From NCBI RefSeq assembly GCF_009914755.1, contig NC_060944.1: 64,000 nt of DNA. One strand, given 5' to 3'. The notes under the pieces were generated by a model. That model worked only from the letters and a program-made list of their open reading frames with translations. It made no database searches and was not told where the DNA came from. The translations under genes and the position numbers were made by a program. How positions within the stretch are numbered: position 1 is the first letter of the stretch; every line of letters starts with the position of its first letter. Source of the stretch: the human T2T-CHM13v2.0 reference genome, Homo sapiens. Below, one piece after another: positions 15,582 to 30,027 of the stretch.

Positions 15582-16120
15582 TTAAAGGGTGCTTACATTA
15601 AAAATTTTGATAGCTACTGCTCTCAAAATTGTATCGCGATTTATATTCCCAGTGCCAACAGTGTTTGAAGAGTCTGGCTCTCCAGAGCCTGTAGACACTG
15701 GATATTGTCAGTGTTTTAAATTTCAGCAGATCTGATATCTAAAAATGGTATCTCACTGTTCTAAACTGTTCTAGTATGGTGTTCTACGTGAACACCCTTT
15801 CATGTGTTTAGCTGGCCTTTGCATTTCTTTTTTTTTTTTTTTTGAACTGCCTATGCATATCTTTTGGTCAAAATTCAATTGAATTGCCCTTTTTTATTGT
15901 TAGAGCTGCTACAAACATTACTGAAAAGGCAACTCAGTTGTGTGTGTGTGTATGCACACACATATATATTTATAATACATATGTTACTTAGGGTTTGTAC
16001 CAGCTCTATGAGCTCCTTGAGGGTGGCACCTTGCTGTAATACAGCCTGACACCTAATACGAAGTAGAAATCAGTGATTATTTATCACGCAAATAAAGAAA
16101 CAAATAAGTGAACGAATGAA

Positions 16121-16382
16121 TGAGTCAATAGTGTTGACTGCCTTGTATTGTCCTAGGCCCAAGAGACAGTGAAATATCCCTGTTCTTGTATACTTTTCTG
16201 TAAGTTTCTGGAAGTTTCTCTGTAAAGCATCTCAGTAAGCTTTTCTATAGGCTGTGAGAAACGCATGAGTCAGGCTAATAGGAGGCATATAATTTTGAAT
16301 TGCTTTTCAGAAATGGCCTTCATATTCCTTTACACTCACTCATCCTGTTGATAAGAGCAGATGGCCTACTGCATGTGACTCA
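16121..16382. promoter_or_regulatory. Cluster of three AP-1 sites (candidate enhancer) around the exon 4 acceptor
   Basis: TGAGTCA at 16121 and 16266, TGACTCA at 16376. Confidence 0.4.
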
Positions 16383-16503
16383 GACTCAAACACACACCTC
16401 CGCTCCCTTGAAGTGCCAGCCCTGGAGCTTTGTTGAGGCTCGCATCTGCCATGGGAGTCAGCTAGTACGTTGCCCAGTTCAACATCCATCCAGGATTTCA
16501 TAG
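16311..16503 (+). CDS. Putative terminal coding exon 4 (RNGLHIPLHSLILLIRADG...PVQHPSRIS*)
   Basis: Acceptor ttttcag|A with branch-point-like ggctaat; frame matches ORF-track 16300..16503; ends in TAG. Confidence 0.3.
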
Positions 16504-17649
16504 GAACTTGAGAATCATTGTTTTTGGCTTGAATCCTGGGTTTGAGGTTTCTTCGTGTAGGAATCTGAAAAAAGGATTTGGAAACGTTGTTGTCTCTAAT
16601 CCCAAAGTATGTATCTGGGAGGCTGCCTTCGCCATCACCCACCTAATAACTCAGGCTCCCGGGGCCATTTCGCTCAAGTGCATTCATTCCTTTGGTAGAA
16701 TCAAAAGAAACTGATCCAGGTGACAGAGTACCTGGGTTCTAATCCCAGTTTTGATGAGCAAGTTATTTACCCCTTACAGCCCCATTTTCCCTATTCTAAA
16801 ATGATATGGTTGCAACTGACGATCTCCAAGTCTCCGTCCAACTCAACAATTCAGAGTGGAATTCTGAATTCTGCTCTGCCACCAACAGCATGTCCTCGGA
16901 GCTTTGCCTATTACTCATGAGAATGTCAACGTCTGGGTAAATAGATATTTTGGGGTCAGCTCTAAAAAACCCAGAAGTACGTATTGTATGTTGATTTTGG
17001 CACACGGACAAGCCTGAACAGGGCTGTGTCAAGCCTTTTACCATGATAGCTGCCGGAAGAAAGGCCAGGCGAAGCAGTCTGGGTGAGCTGCTTGGAATGA
17101 AGAGGACCAGCCCACATCCCATGGCACAGATGACCTTCAGGAGAAGTGGAGGGGAGCAGCTAATGTAAAGAAATCATTAGCATCTGTGTTGGAAATGGCT
17201 TATGACACTGTCTCAAAGCCACGTTCTCAGACAACAGGGAAAGCTGTAAATAGATGCACACAGTTATCCAAGCATAGCAGAGTAAAACTAAAGGAAAGCC
17301 AAATTAAACAGGATCAACCAAAGTTTTGAGTGAAAGTGTTGAATATTGCTCATGCCTTCAGAACGGGAAGCTCTGTTTAGAATACTCACAATGGTGGGTC
17401 CTCTGGAGGTGACTACAGGCTGGTAGGTCGGTTCTATCCTCCCCCTAGGAGCCATCTCAGCAAAGAAGAATCAGAGGCAAAGACTCTTTCAAAGCAAGGA
17501 CCTCACACTGTGAAGGACTGGGAGCATTGCTTGATTGCTACTCAACTGGCAAAAGTTTTTAAAAAGCAAGTTAGGCCCCAAGACCACATGACTGAGAATC
17601 CTAACACATAACTGAGAATTATAATAACATGATGGATTCTCCTTGAAAA

Positions 17650-17793
17650 ATATATTTCGTATTTTGGCATAATTTCAAACTTACAGGAAAGTTGCAAGAA
17701 TTGTACAAATGATTTTTGTGTATGCTTCATACCCACATTCTGCATTTTACCAATTCTTTTTTCCCTTCCTCCCTCTTTATTTCATATATATGT

Positions 17794-17830
<37 letters not shown>

Positions 17831-17871
17831 ATATAGACACACACACATATATGTAACAGTTCTTGGGTATA

Positions 17872-17939
<68 letters not shown>

Positions 17940-18320
17940 GTATATTTCCCACAGAACTGTTTGGCAATAGGTTGCAGACATGATATCTTAAACATTTCAG
18001 TGCATATTTTCTAAAAACAAGGACAGTCTTTTATATAACTGTAGTACCATTACCAAAATCAAAAAATTAATATTGCCATAATATTATTATCCAGTTCATA
18101 GACTTCATTCACTTCCCCGACTGTCCAAAAATAAATATTTTATAGCAAAAGAAAGTCCTAGACTACATGCTGCATTCAGTTAACACTTCTTTAGTTGTTT
18201 TTTCTTTTATTTTAATCTGGAAGTTTCTCAGTCTTTCTTTGTCTTTCATGATATTTTTGATGAATACAGGCCAGATACTTTGTGGAATGTCCCTCAATTT
18301 GGGTTTGTCTGATGTTGTGG
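17650..18320 (-). mobile_element. L1MC-type 3' fragment containing a compound microsatellite
   Basis: aatttcaaacttacaggaaagttgcaagaa...tttgtggaatgtccctcaatttgggtttgtctgatgtt. Confidence 0.75.
17784..17937. repeat. Compound (TA)n(TG)n(CA)n...(TG)n(TA)~23 microsatellite
   Basis: Seen directly. Confidence 0.98.
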
Positions 18321-20221
18321 AATTTCCTTTTAGCTCTATAAGCTGCCTCCTGAAATACAAATGCCTAGTTAGGATGTGACTGGCTGCAGGAAACAGTCTC
18401 TCCAGCCTAGCAGGCTAGAGCTCATGCAAACTCCCCTTTGCCCCATCTTGGGGATTTCCTCCCTATCCTCTTCAAACATGGTTTCTCTCTCTGCAAGAGT
18501 TGTGGGAAAATCTGATACTTTGCTTGTTGGAAATTAGACTTATATTGTTTCCCACAGACATCGTGTTGGATGTGACAGATGGGTTGATTCTTCAGTTTTA
18601 TCAGTGTTAAATTGTAGGAGCACTAAATATGCGTTACAAGCAGATGGGAATAGATTTATGATGTATAGCTTAGATTCTATGGAAAAATAAACTTTAGGCT
18701 GTAAACAAATCTATGTACAAATTAACTTTTGCAACAAGATGAGCTCTTTGTTGGCAGCTTCTGTTTGTTTGAAAGTTGTGTTTGCTATAATGTGGTTCAA
18801 TCTTTGTCTCCACTTGGATGGGTTTCATTATTTAGGCCTCCAAATAGCCTTACTTTAAAGTCTCCCCTATAGGTTAGTCCTATGGCATGAAATCTGGAAA
18901 TAATAATGTTGCAAAATTTCAGTAAATTAAATATGATTTATCACTCATCCCCACATGTCATTGTCAAACCAAGAAGGTGAAATAAGAGGAGATAGTATGG
19001 AATGAGAGAACTACTCAAGGTGTTCCACCTGTTTTTTGATAGACAATTGAAGGTTTTCCTTAGTTTTTTCCTAAGGACTGAGACATTTCTGGACAAACCT
19101 GCCAGTCAGCTGAGAAACTTTCCTGAGAACCGGGGATCAGACTCTTAGAATTGCAGTAATTGTTACAAATTGCAATCAAATCTGGGAACTCTTAAAGATG
19201 TCATCCCTGAAATAAACCTCAGTAAATTTATCTAGGTTGAAAGGGAATCTCCAGCTTTACTCAGTAATAAGAAGTTGACACATATACATACTTGAATGAA
19301 TAACTTAATTCTTAGGAGACACTTAAATAAGAATTATTTCTGTTATTGAAACACAGTTCCAGTTACAGGGTCTTTGAAATCATGAGAGAGTTGTACAGTT
19401 ATATTTCTGTATAGTGTGAAGAGCTATCTTATTTTTTGCAGATTACTTACTTTGTTAATATACCTCCCCCTCCTTTAACCAATTGGTCCATTATTATTGT
19501 AAGCGTATTACAAAGAATACTCCTTTGGAAGTCAGAAGAATGATACCTAATCTTTAATTTCTTATCAGGAACTAGGTTTTCATTGTATGATGGACACGAT
19601 GTAACCCCTAAAGACAGAAAAAGAAGTGAAAAATAGTCCTCATTCTCATGGATTTATAGCTGTAGTAGAAGAAAAGATAGATTAAAAAGGGCATAAGTTC
19701 CTCTAATGTTTATTGCAATGTGAAGCTAGATAGAAAAATAGAAGAAAACAGAGAGAATCATGATCATGGCAATAAAGAGAGAGTAGCTAACTCAGCTGGA
19801 ATTGGCCTGGAGAAAACGATGGTGAGAACTCCCGGAGAACGTTAGAACTGAGCTGAAGCTTGCAGAATGCATAGGAGTCTGGCAGGCAGATGAGGCAGGG
19901 AGGACATTAAAGGCAGGAGGAATAGCACATGATAGTGGGCTGCAGGCTGGGCTGTAGTTTGAGGGGCTGTAATTCAATACAGGCGGATGCAGGGGAAAAG
20001 CAGGCGGTGAAGTGAAAAATTAGTAAAGGGAAGATCATGCAGAACCTTGCAGATCATGTAAGGAGCTTGGAATGTCATCTCCATATTATTCAATCATCAG
20101 ACGGACTTCAACAAAAAAGCCACATTATTGAATGGCAGAGGTTGGAGGGGACAGAGACTGGAGGCAGGCACAGCAGTAGGGCACTGTCATAATAAAATAT
20201 TGAGCAGTGATAATGACTAAC

Positions 20222-20568
20222 CAGGGGTCCCCAGCCTTCGGGCCACAGACTGGTGCAGGTCCATGGCCTGTTAGGAACCGGGCAACACAGCAGGAGGTGA
20301 GCTTCGGGCCAGTCAGCATTACCGCCTGAGGTCTGCTTCCTGTCAGATCAGCAGCGGCATTAGATTCTCATAGGAGCACAAACCCTACTGTGAACTGCGC
20401 ATGGAGGAATCTACGTGGCGCGCTACTTATGAGAGCTACTACTGCCTGATGACCTGAGGTGGAACAGTTTCATCTGGAAGCCTTCTGCCCCCACCAACCC
20501 CAGCCATGGAAAAAAAAGTGTCTTTCACAAAACCAGTCCCCTGGTGCCAAAAAGGCTGGGGACTGCTG
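20222..20568 (+). mobile_element. MER1B hAT-Charlie MITE
   Basis: caggggtcccc...ggcctgttaggaacc...gtcagatcagcagcggcattagattctcatagg...ggtgccaaaaaggctggggactgctg. Confidence 0.92.
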
Positions 20569-20766
20569 GCCTAAACTGAGATGATGGGCCTGGGAATGGA
20601 GGAAGTGGTATAGATGAGAAGAATGTTTCAGAGATGGACGTATTAAGATTTGTTGACAGATGGGATGTGATGTTTATGAGGAAGCATCAGCTAAGAATGA
20701 CTTTAAGATTCAGCCTTGGGTGGCTAGGAGGGTGATGGGCATATTCCTTAAAATAGGGAATCTACT

Positions 20767-21086
20767 GGTCGGGCGCAGTGGCTCACGCCTGTAATCCCAG
20801 CACTTTGGGAGGCCGAGGCGGCCAGATCACGAGGTCAGGAGATTGAGACCATCCTGGCTAACATGGTGAAACCCTGTCTCTGCTAAAAATACAAAAAAAA
20901 AAAAAAAAAAAATTAGCCGGGTGTGGTGGCAGGTGCTTGTAGTCCCAGCTACTCAGGAGGCTGAGGCAGGAGAATGGCATGAACCTGGGAGGCAGAGCTT
21001 GCAGTGAGCCAAGATTGTGCCACTGCACTCCAGCCTGGATGACAGAGACTCTGTCTCAAAAAACAAAAAACAAAAAACAAAAAAAC
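20767..21086 (+). mobile_element. AluY with expanded middle A-tract
   Basis: Diagnostic gagaccatcctggctaac and gagaatggcatgaacc...gagcttgcagtgag; TSD gggaatctact. Confidence 0.93.
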
Positions 21087-21095
21087 GGGAATCTA

Positions 21096-21820
<725 letters not shown>

Positions 21821-22679
21821 TGAAGATAAGACATCTGGGAGTCATTGGTACATAGGTGATAATAATAAAACAAATAGGAACAGATGAATCCAGGAAGGTC
21901 TGTAGCATGAGACAAGAAGGAAACAGAGAACAAGCATTCACAAGTGGGATTAGGAGGAAGACTGTGCCAGGAGGAAACTGGAAAGAAGCAGGGAGAGAGG
22001 TAGGAGAGTAGTCAGGAGAGACGGCTCACATGGAAGAGAGTGAAGGAGCAAGTGGTCAAGGTCTCTTGAATACAGAGGGGTTCTTACAATGAGATACAAT
22101 CAACACACTTTGAGAAATAATACTTTATTTAGGGAAAATATCTGCTTGCTGTATTTTTCTGAAGATTTTGTTTACAGAAGAGCAAGCTCTCCAGCAGCTA
22201 TATGTTTTAGGCAATGTGGCTCTCGAATCTTCATTCTGTCCAAGTACATTCACGTGAGGGTGCTGCCGTCTTTTGTAGGCCTGTCCCAAGGCCGGCTGCG
22301 ACTTTGCATTTTCGCCTGGCTGTGTCTATATCTTTTAAAAGCCAGCAATTTCCACAGGAAAATTCTGCTGTAGAATATTGAGGAGAGGGCTTGGTAAAAG
22401 CTGGAATGAATGGTGTGTGTGTGAATGGTATTCCCCAGCATGCATGGACCTGGCTGGGGATGGGGGATCTTCCATTTGCGGCAGGGAGGAGGCAAGAATA
22501 AACATGAGATTTATTCCATATCATTACCTTTCCTCCTTGACTCTATTTCAGGCTGCATGGAATAATGTCTATAATCAATTTCAAAGCCTCTCAGGAGTGA
22601 TGAGTAAGTACCGGCTATACTTAGGGCATATCATCTAATATCTCTCCTGAAGTGACTAGCAATGTTACTATTTTCTCAT

Positions 22680-23060
22680 GATTCCTTCAAGTATATTATA
22701 TTTCCATCATATACATGTACAGTAAAACTTTTCTTTTTTTCTACCTACATACATAATATACTATAATATTCCCCCCCCCCTTTTTTAATAGTACATCCTG
22801 ATGGTTTGTTCCATTCCAGTACAGGTAGATTGCTTCATTCTTCTTAATGATTGCATGTGATCCTATTATATAGATGACCATAATTATTTAGCCAGTTTTT
22901 TATTCATAGATCACATGGATTAGATTGCTTCCAGTATTATGATATTACAGGTAATGCTATAGTGTCTTATTTTACACAGGTGCAGGTATATCTGTAGAAT
23001 AAATATCTAGAAATGTTATTGTTGGGCCAAAGGGTACATAAAATTTTAATGCAGAGATAT
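22680..23060 (-). mobile_element. L1ME-type fragment
   Basis: ttcattcttcttaatgattgcat...ttagattgcttcca...gggccaaagggtaca. Confidence 0.6.
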
Positions 23061-24504
23061 CTGAACAGGTTTGAAAATGGTCAGAATGAAAGGCGATTGG
23101 TTGGGACCTAATGCCTCACTTATTACTCACTAGAGATTGTAGGATGTCATCACTGTAAGCAGATGTGTGGCCACAGTTTTGTGTACTCAAGTTCAGTAAA
23201 ATCAAGGCATAAGGCAGGACCGAAGTAGAATAGAACAAAACTCTTCTGAACATGGTGACCCCAAGACAATTGGCCATTGTGTGGCAGTGTTCCTGAAGAT
23301 CTATGCCTAGCCAATGATATGGTCCATGAGGTTGCATGTGAACTTTGTATGTCAGATGCCTGACTCCTGATATATGCTCAGCCCTCTTCTTGTTTAGATA
23401 GGAGGCTCCATCAACTCCTACCCTAGTAATGTGTAGTCCCAGGCCTGGGAGCCAGGTCATGGATTAAATTATTAAGTTGGAACTGTCAGAGTGAAGGAGC
23501 AAGTTATGAGATTAGTTAAGTAGCATATCAAAGCCAGAGTGGTAACAATGAAAGTAATCCTCCATTCATATAAGAGCCCAATGTCTCTGTAGCTTCATTT
23601 TCCTACCTCTTGCCTTCTTCCCACCATCAAAGAGTTGAGATAGAAAATGTAAGAATTGGATGTCATAAAATCAAGAAGGTTTTCTGTTCAAGATGTTCCA
23701 TTCCTTGCAATTAACTCCCATTGGAGCCCAATACCATAATAACGTTTCCTGTGCCAGAGTCCCCAAAAAGTAGGTGATGTTCCCATGGAAGATTAGTTGT
23801 TTGTTTCAACAGGGAAAGAGAAGTAAATCTAAGGCACCACCTCTGGCAGCAGGACACCCCCTTCTCCTGCCTCTTGCATTTTAACACATAAAGCAGATAA
23901 GGTGGAGGAGAGAATGGGGCTGGAGGAGAATGTTCGAGTTACCCAGAGAAGACATGAGCAAGTAGAGCAAAGAAAGAACTGTGACCTCCCAGTCACCCAT
24001 ATTTATTCCTTTATCAAAGAACGCAGGAGTTAGACTTCTCTTTTCCTGATCTATTGTTTCTGGAGCTCAGGAAGTACAATGCACCATGGCAAGTCAGAGT
24101 CATGAGTTTCAATTCCACCTTCCCCATTATCTGGCTAAGCAATGGTGGACTTAATCCAACGAGGTTCAGAGTCTACATTTATAAAACAGGGGTTATATCA
24201 GTACTTATGCCTCAAAGATAACATAGGTAGAGATTTGGCATACTGCTTGGCACATACTAACCAGTCAATGACTGTTAGATATTATCATTAATACTAATCC
24301 CACAGAGTCAGTTGGGTTGCAAACTGTTTTGCACCAAAGTCAACATTATAGCACCCACTGTCACAATCCTTTGGGCAGCATCATCTCTTTGCATCATCCT
24401 TGTTGGATCATGTGTGGTTCCCATATGTGCAAACACAGTCCAGGTAATTGCATTACATGGCAGAGAGACTCAATGCATTGCACACAGCTGGAAGCTAGGC
24501 TACT

Positions 24505-24698
24505 CATTTTTAAAGTGAGCTCCTTGGCTAGCAGCATTAACATCACCCAGTTACTTGTTAGCAAATTCTCAAAACCTGCCCCACACCTCCTCAATAAAAA
24601 ATCTCTGGGCGTGGGGCCCAGCAACTTGTGTCTTAGCATCCCTTACCCTTGCCAGACCCCAGGTGATACTGATGCATGCGAAAGTGTGAAGACCACTG
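24505..24698. mobile_element. MER5A hAT MITE
   Basis: gcagcattaacatcacc...ggggcccagcaacttgtgtc...caggtgatactgatgca...gaccactg. Confidence 0.85.
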
Positions 24699-25275
24699 AT
24701 CTAGACTGTGGGATGCCATTGAACCTCTCTACTTCACCAAGGAAGAGCTAGAGGGGAAGCAGAAATTCAAAATGGCTGGTAGCTCAGGGACAAATTTGGG
24801 TGAATGGCTTAACAGTCTTGCCTATTCTTGAATGTTCTCCTCTTTGGCTGGGAACGGCCTGTCAGGCTGCAGATATTTCCTTTCCTCTTTCTCTCACTGC
24901 TTATCTCCCACAAGACACAAGATAGTTCCTGCCCAGGCATCTCAGATTACCATTCCTTCCTGAAAGCCAATTAAAGGTCTCTAATCCCTCCTGTGTTTAC
25001 CTAAAGGATGAATTTGATCGGAAAGGATGAATGGAAAGGGCAAAATCCTAGAAGGGCTGGGAAAGAAAGTTTCTGCTCCAGTGGTGGGAACACACCCTTT
25101 CTCACTAAGCTTATTATGTACTGGTGCATTTTTTGAATTACAATTCTCCATCAGCCTGCCCCTTTTATTTGAAGCCCTCAGTTGTGATTTCCAATGCAGC
25201 TTCTGACTTTGCCCTTGGTATTCATACTTTTGAGAGTCTGTTCCCTTCATTAACATCTCAGGGACCCCCAAAGTA

Positions 25276-25355
25276 ATACTTTGAACCACGTGACATATCC
25301 GTTTTGTGAGTTGAAAGCAGTTGGATATTAACAATTTCTTATAATTCAACTTCAT
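25276..25355. mobile_element. MADE2-like mariner MITE (degenerate ~80-bp palindrome)
   Basis: ttgaaccacgtgac...ccgttttgtgagttgaaagcagttggatattaacaatttcttataattcaac. Confidence 0.55.
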
Positions 25356-28188
25356 GTACCCACTCGAGGTCTCTTATTTGGGACACATCATTCTGCCTTA
25401 GTCCGAATTGAAGGCAGCTGAGTACTTCTGGGAACGGCAGATCATCTTCTTTCAAGACTACCTAGAGTTTGCCACTTTTTGGCTGGGATCCTTGTATAAG
25501 TAAGTAAATCTCCCAAGCCTCACTTTTATCATCTGTGAAGTGGGGATGCTATTATCTTCTTTATAGGTTGATGTATGAGTAAATGAGAAATCAGGCATAG
25601 AGTGTCTGATATGGTGGCTGAATTGTAGTTTTTTTTTTACAACCTTTAGTATCCTTCTTTAGCGAGGCTGGAGGTAACACTATCGTGCTAAAACTTGATC
25701 CATACCTTTCCTGCTAACTCTTAGCCTCGTCCTACATATCTATTGGTGGTGAGCCTCCAAGTTACTACCATTACTCACCTGAAAATGGGTAGGCCTGGGC
25801 TTTTTTAAAAGGCCCTTAATTAGTACCTTTTTTTATGAGATGGTAAGACAAACGTTTTCCCTGCCTTAAGTAACCATTATTATTCTCATTTCAAAGGTGT
25901 GTCAGATTTATTTATTTACGTGTTTTGGAATCTTAGTAGGAGAAGAGAAGGCAGCCCAGTAAATGGATGCAGATTGTTCTGGCCTCATCGTCAACTGCAT
26001 TGTGCAATCTTAGAGAAATGACTTACCTAACTCTGATGTCTCCATTTTCCTATTCTGTATGTGAGGATTATGTATATGCCTTGCTGAGGATGGAAGTGCT
26101 AGACAGAGCTAGTGTTTCATAAAAATGTTTTGAGCTTTTGGAATGCAGAGGTGTTATATATATACAAGGTATTACTGGATTGAGTAAGGATTATCATTAT
26201 TCTTTGGCAATAGCCAAGACATCAGGAAAACATATCTTCTATCATAGTTCAAAGGCAGAATGAGAAAAGAAAACATTTTTTTTTTTTTTCAGTAGAAAAG
26301 TCATCAGAAAGATGTTTTGGAGGGTGTAATAGGAATATTCTCAATGGCATTTAAGAGCAAGGTTTAGAGCTATCTGTACTTGTCGCTTCCTCCAGTACAC
26401 AGTGGTATAGCAGTCCTGATGGATTGTCTTTCTGGCTAATTGTTAGATGTTAAAAAAGGTAAGCGGAACCTGATACCTTGTAAGTTGGACTGTTGACAAG
26501 AGACCCTGTGACTTTTCAAAGATGAGTGTTGATTGGAAATTTGCATGTGTTCCCAGACATTCTTGTTTATGGAATTACCCTATTCTTGGAAGTAAAAAAG
26601 GAGAAACAATTCAATGTTCCCATTGACAAAATGGATTGCTCTATGCTTGTAAACTGTGCTGTAGCTTATTCATATACTGAGAGTTGAATAATGACAGGGG
26701 TATGATGTCATGCATGAGCAGTGAATTGGGGAGGCTCACTTTCCTTAGTGTGAAGTTGTTTGTATTTGCAGAGAGATGGGGAAAGTGATGTTTGAATGGG
26801 AGAACTGGAATCTGGGGTCTTGATTTTTTTTTCTTGCTAAGTTAAAGTGCTTGTAGCTTTTTCTTTATATCAAACTATACAGATGAAACCCACACATATA
26901 AAGAAAATCATATGGAACTGGCAAACAAAAGATATTCAGTGACTCAGGTTTCTTTGTCAACTTTTGCCACCCACCATGACAAGATCAACAGGCTTTGCTG
27001 TGTATAGACGTGTATTCTGAATTCCTTCCTCCCTTAAAAACATTCCATTGCCACTGATATCTCCACTCATGGGGCAGATATCCAGTAATCCCATGGATAT
27101 TCTTGATTCTTCCTTAATAAGTAAAACTGTAAGTATGGCCTAGTCTTTCTCCACTTTCTGCTTTCTTGTTCATTACTGTAATTGCATGTTTACATCTGGA
27201 GCCCTGGGTTTTTGTGTTTACGTAGTTATGCACAAGCCTGAGCAGATCTGCAAAACAAAACAAAAAACAAAAACAAAAAACAACAACAACAGAGCCCTCA
27301 ACCAATTATATGCTAGTTCTTGTCCCATTCTTTTTTCTCTTATGGGGAAGGCAGGTAATCAGGATTACTAGTGGCTGCCTTGGAAGTGATACGTTAAGCA
27401 AATGAAAAGTCAATTAATACCTTTACTGTCTAACCCTAAGGCAAGTCATGATTGAAGAATTTCATAGTTACGTATTTGACACCAGCACAATAGTAATTAA
27501 AGATATTTTCTTGCATTTTTAATTTGATAAATGCCAGTTTTCTGGTGTGAGTCTAACTAGATTGTGGCTTCCCTAGAGGTGATTTGATATGAAATAATTT
27601 TTTTGACATTTTGCCTTGATTAGAGATATAGGAACTAAATTGCGAAGTATGATCAGGTGGATTCTGCCCTAGAACTGCCTTTTTCTTTGCAATTCTCCAA
27701 AATACCTCACAGCTGAAGTAGCCATGTGGCCAGGACAGAAAGCTTGAGTTAGCACAATTATTTCAGTTGTCATTGGAGCAGTTTGAGTTGAGAGGTTTTT
27801 TTATTGTTAATAATATCTGTCTGAAGACATCAGTGTAACCCAGGATGGCGTGCCATTGCACATATTTACCAGGTTTTCTAAATGCACCTTAGTCAGAAGA
27901 AGTTGTTGCTCAGTCTTGGGAATCGTGGTAATTTATGGGTGGCAGCTCAGTCCAAACCAGCTTTTCGCCTCTCTATGCTGGTTTGAGCTCTTTTGTGTCA
28001 ATGTAGCCTTCCTTTCCTTTTATCTTCTGAGGTATAATTCAAGGTTTGTGGTTTTCTGTTGTGTTTTGCGTTAGTTTTGTAATAAACATCACTTCAGAGA
28101 AGGCTGATTAACATGGGAACTAAATGTCCATTTTCAGCTAGACTGCCTTAATTTAAATCCCAGTTTTAACACTTGGGAGTTGACTGTC

Positions 28189-28602
28189 TGATATGGTTCA
28201 GGTATTTGTCTCCTCTAAATCTCATGTTGACGTGTGATCTCCAATGTTGGAGGTGGGACCTATTGGGAGGTATTTGGGTCTTAATGATAGATCCTTCATG
28301 AATAACTTGGTGCTCTCTTTAAAGTAATGAGTCAGTTCTTGCTCTGTTAGTTCCTATGAGATCTGATTGTTAAAAAGAGTCTGGAACCTTCCTCCTCCCT
28401 CTTTCCTCATCTTTTGCATGTGATGCCTACTCTTCTTCCCCTTATGCCACGAGTGGAAGCTTCTTGATGCCCTCATCAGAAGCAGATGCTGGCACCATAC
28501 TTCTTGTACAGCCTGCAGAACTGTGAGCCAAATACACTTCTTTCCTTTATAAATTAGCCAGCCTCAGGTATTCCTTTATAGCAACACAAATGAACTAAGA
28601 CA
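28189..28602 (+). mobile_element. MST (MaLR) solo LTR inserted in a MIR
   Basis: tgatatggtt...ctaaatctcatgttg...gaactaagaca; 5-bp TSD ctgtc/gtgtc. Confidence 0.92.
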
Positions 28603-29338
28603 GTGTCCTTGGGCAAGCTACTTCAGTTTCCTCATCTGTTGATGGGGATGATGGAAAGAGTGACATCAGCAAGATGGCAGAATAGGAGTTTCCAGTGCTT
28701 GTCCCCATATTGAAATATCAATTTGAAGAATTATTCATATGCAAAGATAACTTCACAAAAGCTGAGGAATCTAAGTGAGAGATTACAGCACAGCACGTGG
28801 GTGGAGCACAGGAATAAGAAAAGCTGCACTGAGGAGAACAGGAAGGACAGTTTCACATTACCTGCATCACTCCTACTCCTTTGCATGGGGGTTGGAGAGT
28901 GAGGCAAGCACCTGACTTCTCTAACTCCAGCACAGGGCCTATCTCAGTAAAACCTAGCTGGCCTTCTTAGATCCAGGCTCCAGGCCCACCCCAGTCTTCA
29001 GGCTGGCCCTGCAGATCCAGGATCCAGACCTGTCCCAAGACCAGGCTCCCATGGCCCCAGGTTCCTGTGGGCCTCAACAAAATACTAGCAAATTGAATTC
29101 AACAGCACAATAAAAAGATAATCAAGTGGAATTTGTCCCTGGGATGCAAGGATGGCTCTACATATGTAAGTCAATAAATGTGATACACCACATTAACGGG
29201 ATGAAGAATAAAAATTATATGATCATTTTGACAGATGCAGAAAATGCATTTGACAAAATACAACATCCTATTATAATAAAAACTCTCAATATATTAGGGA
29301 TAGAAGGAATGCACCTAAACCTAATAAAAGCCATATAT

Positions 29339-29503
29339 GGCCAGGCACAGGAGCTCATGCCTGTAATCTCAGAACTTTGAGAGACTGAGGCAGGAGAATT
29401 GCTTAAAGCCAGGAGTTTGAGACCAGCCTGGGCAACAGAGCAAGACTCTGCCATCTCTACAAAAAAATAAAAATAAAAATAAAAGTAAAAATAAAAATAA
29501 AAA
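29339..29503 (+). mobile_element. FLAM/Alu left monomer nested in L1
   Basis: Single monomer plus (AAAATA)n tail; degenerate TSD aaagccat/aaggctat. Confidence 0.88.
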
Positions 29504-29646
29504 GGCTATGCAAGACCAGCCCACAGCTAACATCATATTCCATGGTGAAAAGCTAGAAGATTTTACTCTAATATCAGAAACCAGACAAAGATGCTCACTC
29601 TTGCTGCTTCTATTCAATATAGAACTGGAAGTTCTAACCAGAGTGA

Positions 29647-30027
<381 letters not shown>

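Noticed and set aside
17709-18014. YI/HT/CV-repeat ORFs
   Set aside because: Translation of dinucleotide microsatellites
25276-25355. Hairpin as a possible miRNA precursor
   Set aside because: Explained by a degenerate MADE2-like MITE; pairing is poor
26459-26485. Two donor-like sites (aag|gtaagc, ctt|gtaagt)
   Set aside because: No convincing partner exon or frame; isolated donors are common
29126-29380. RT-like ORF suggesting an active retroelement or retron-type system
   Set aside because: Fragment of dead L1 ORF2, interrupted by Alus, stops and frameshifts
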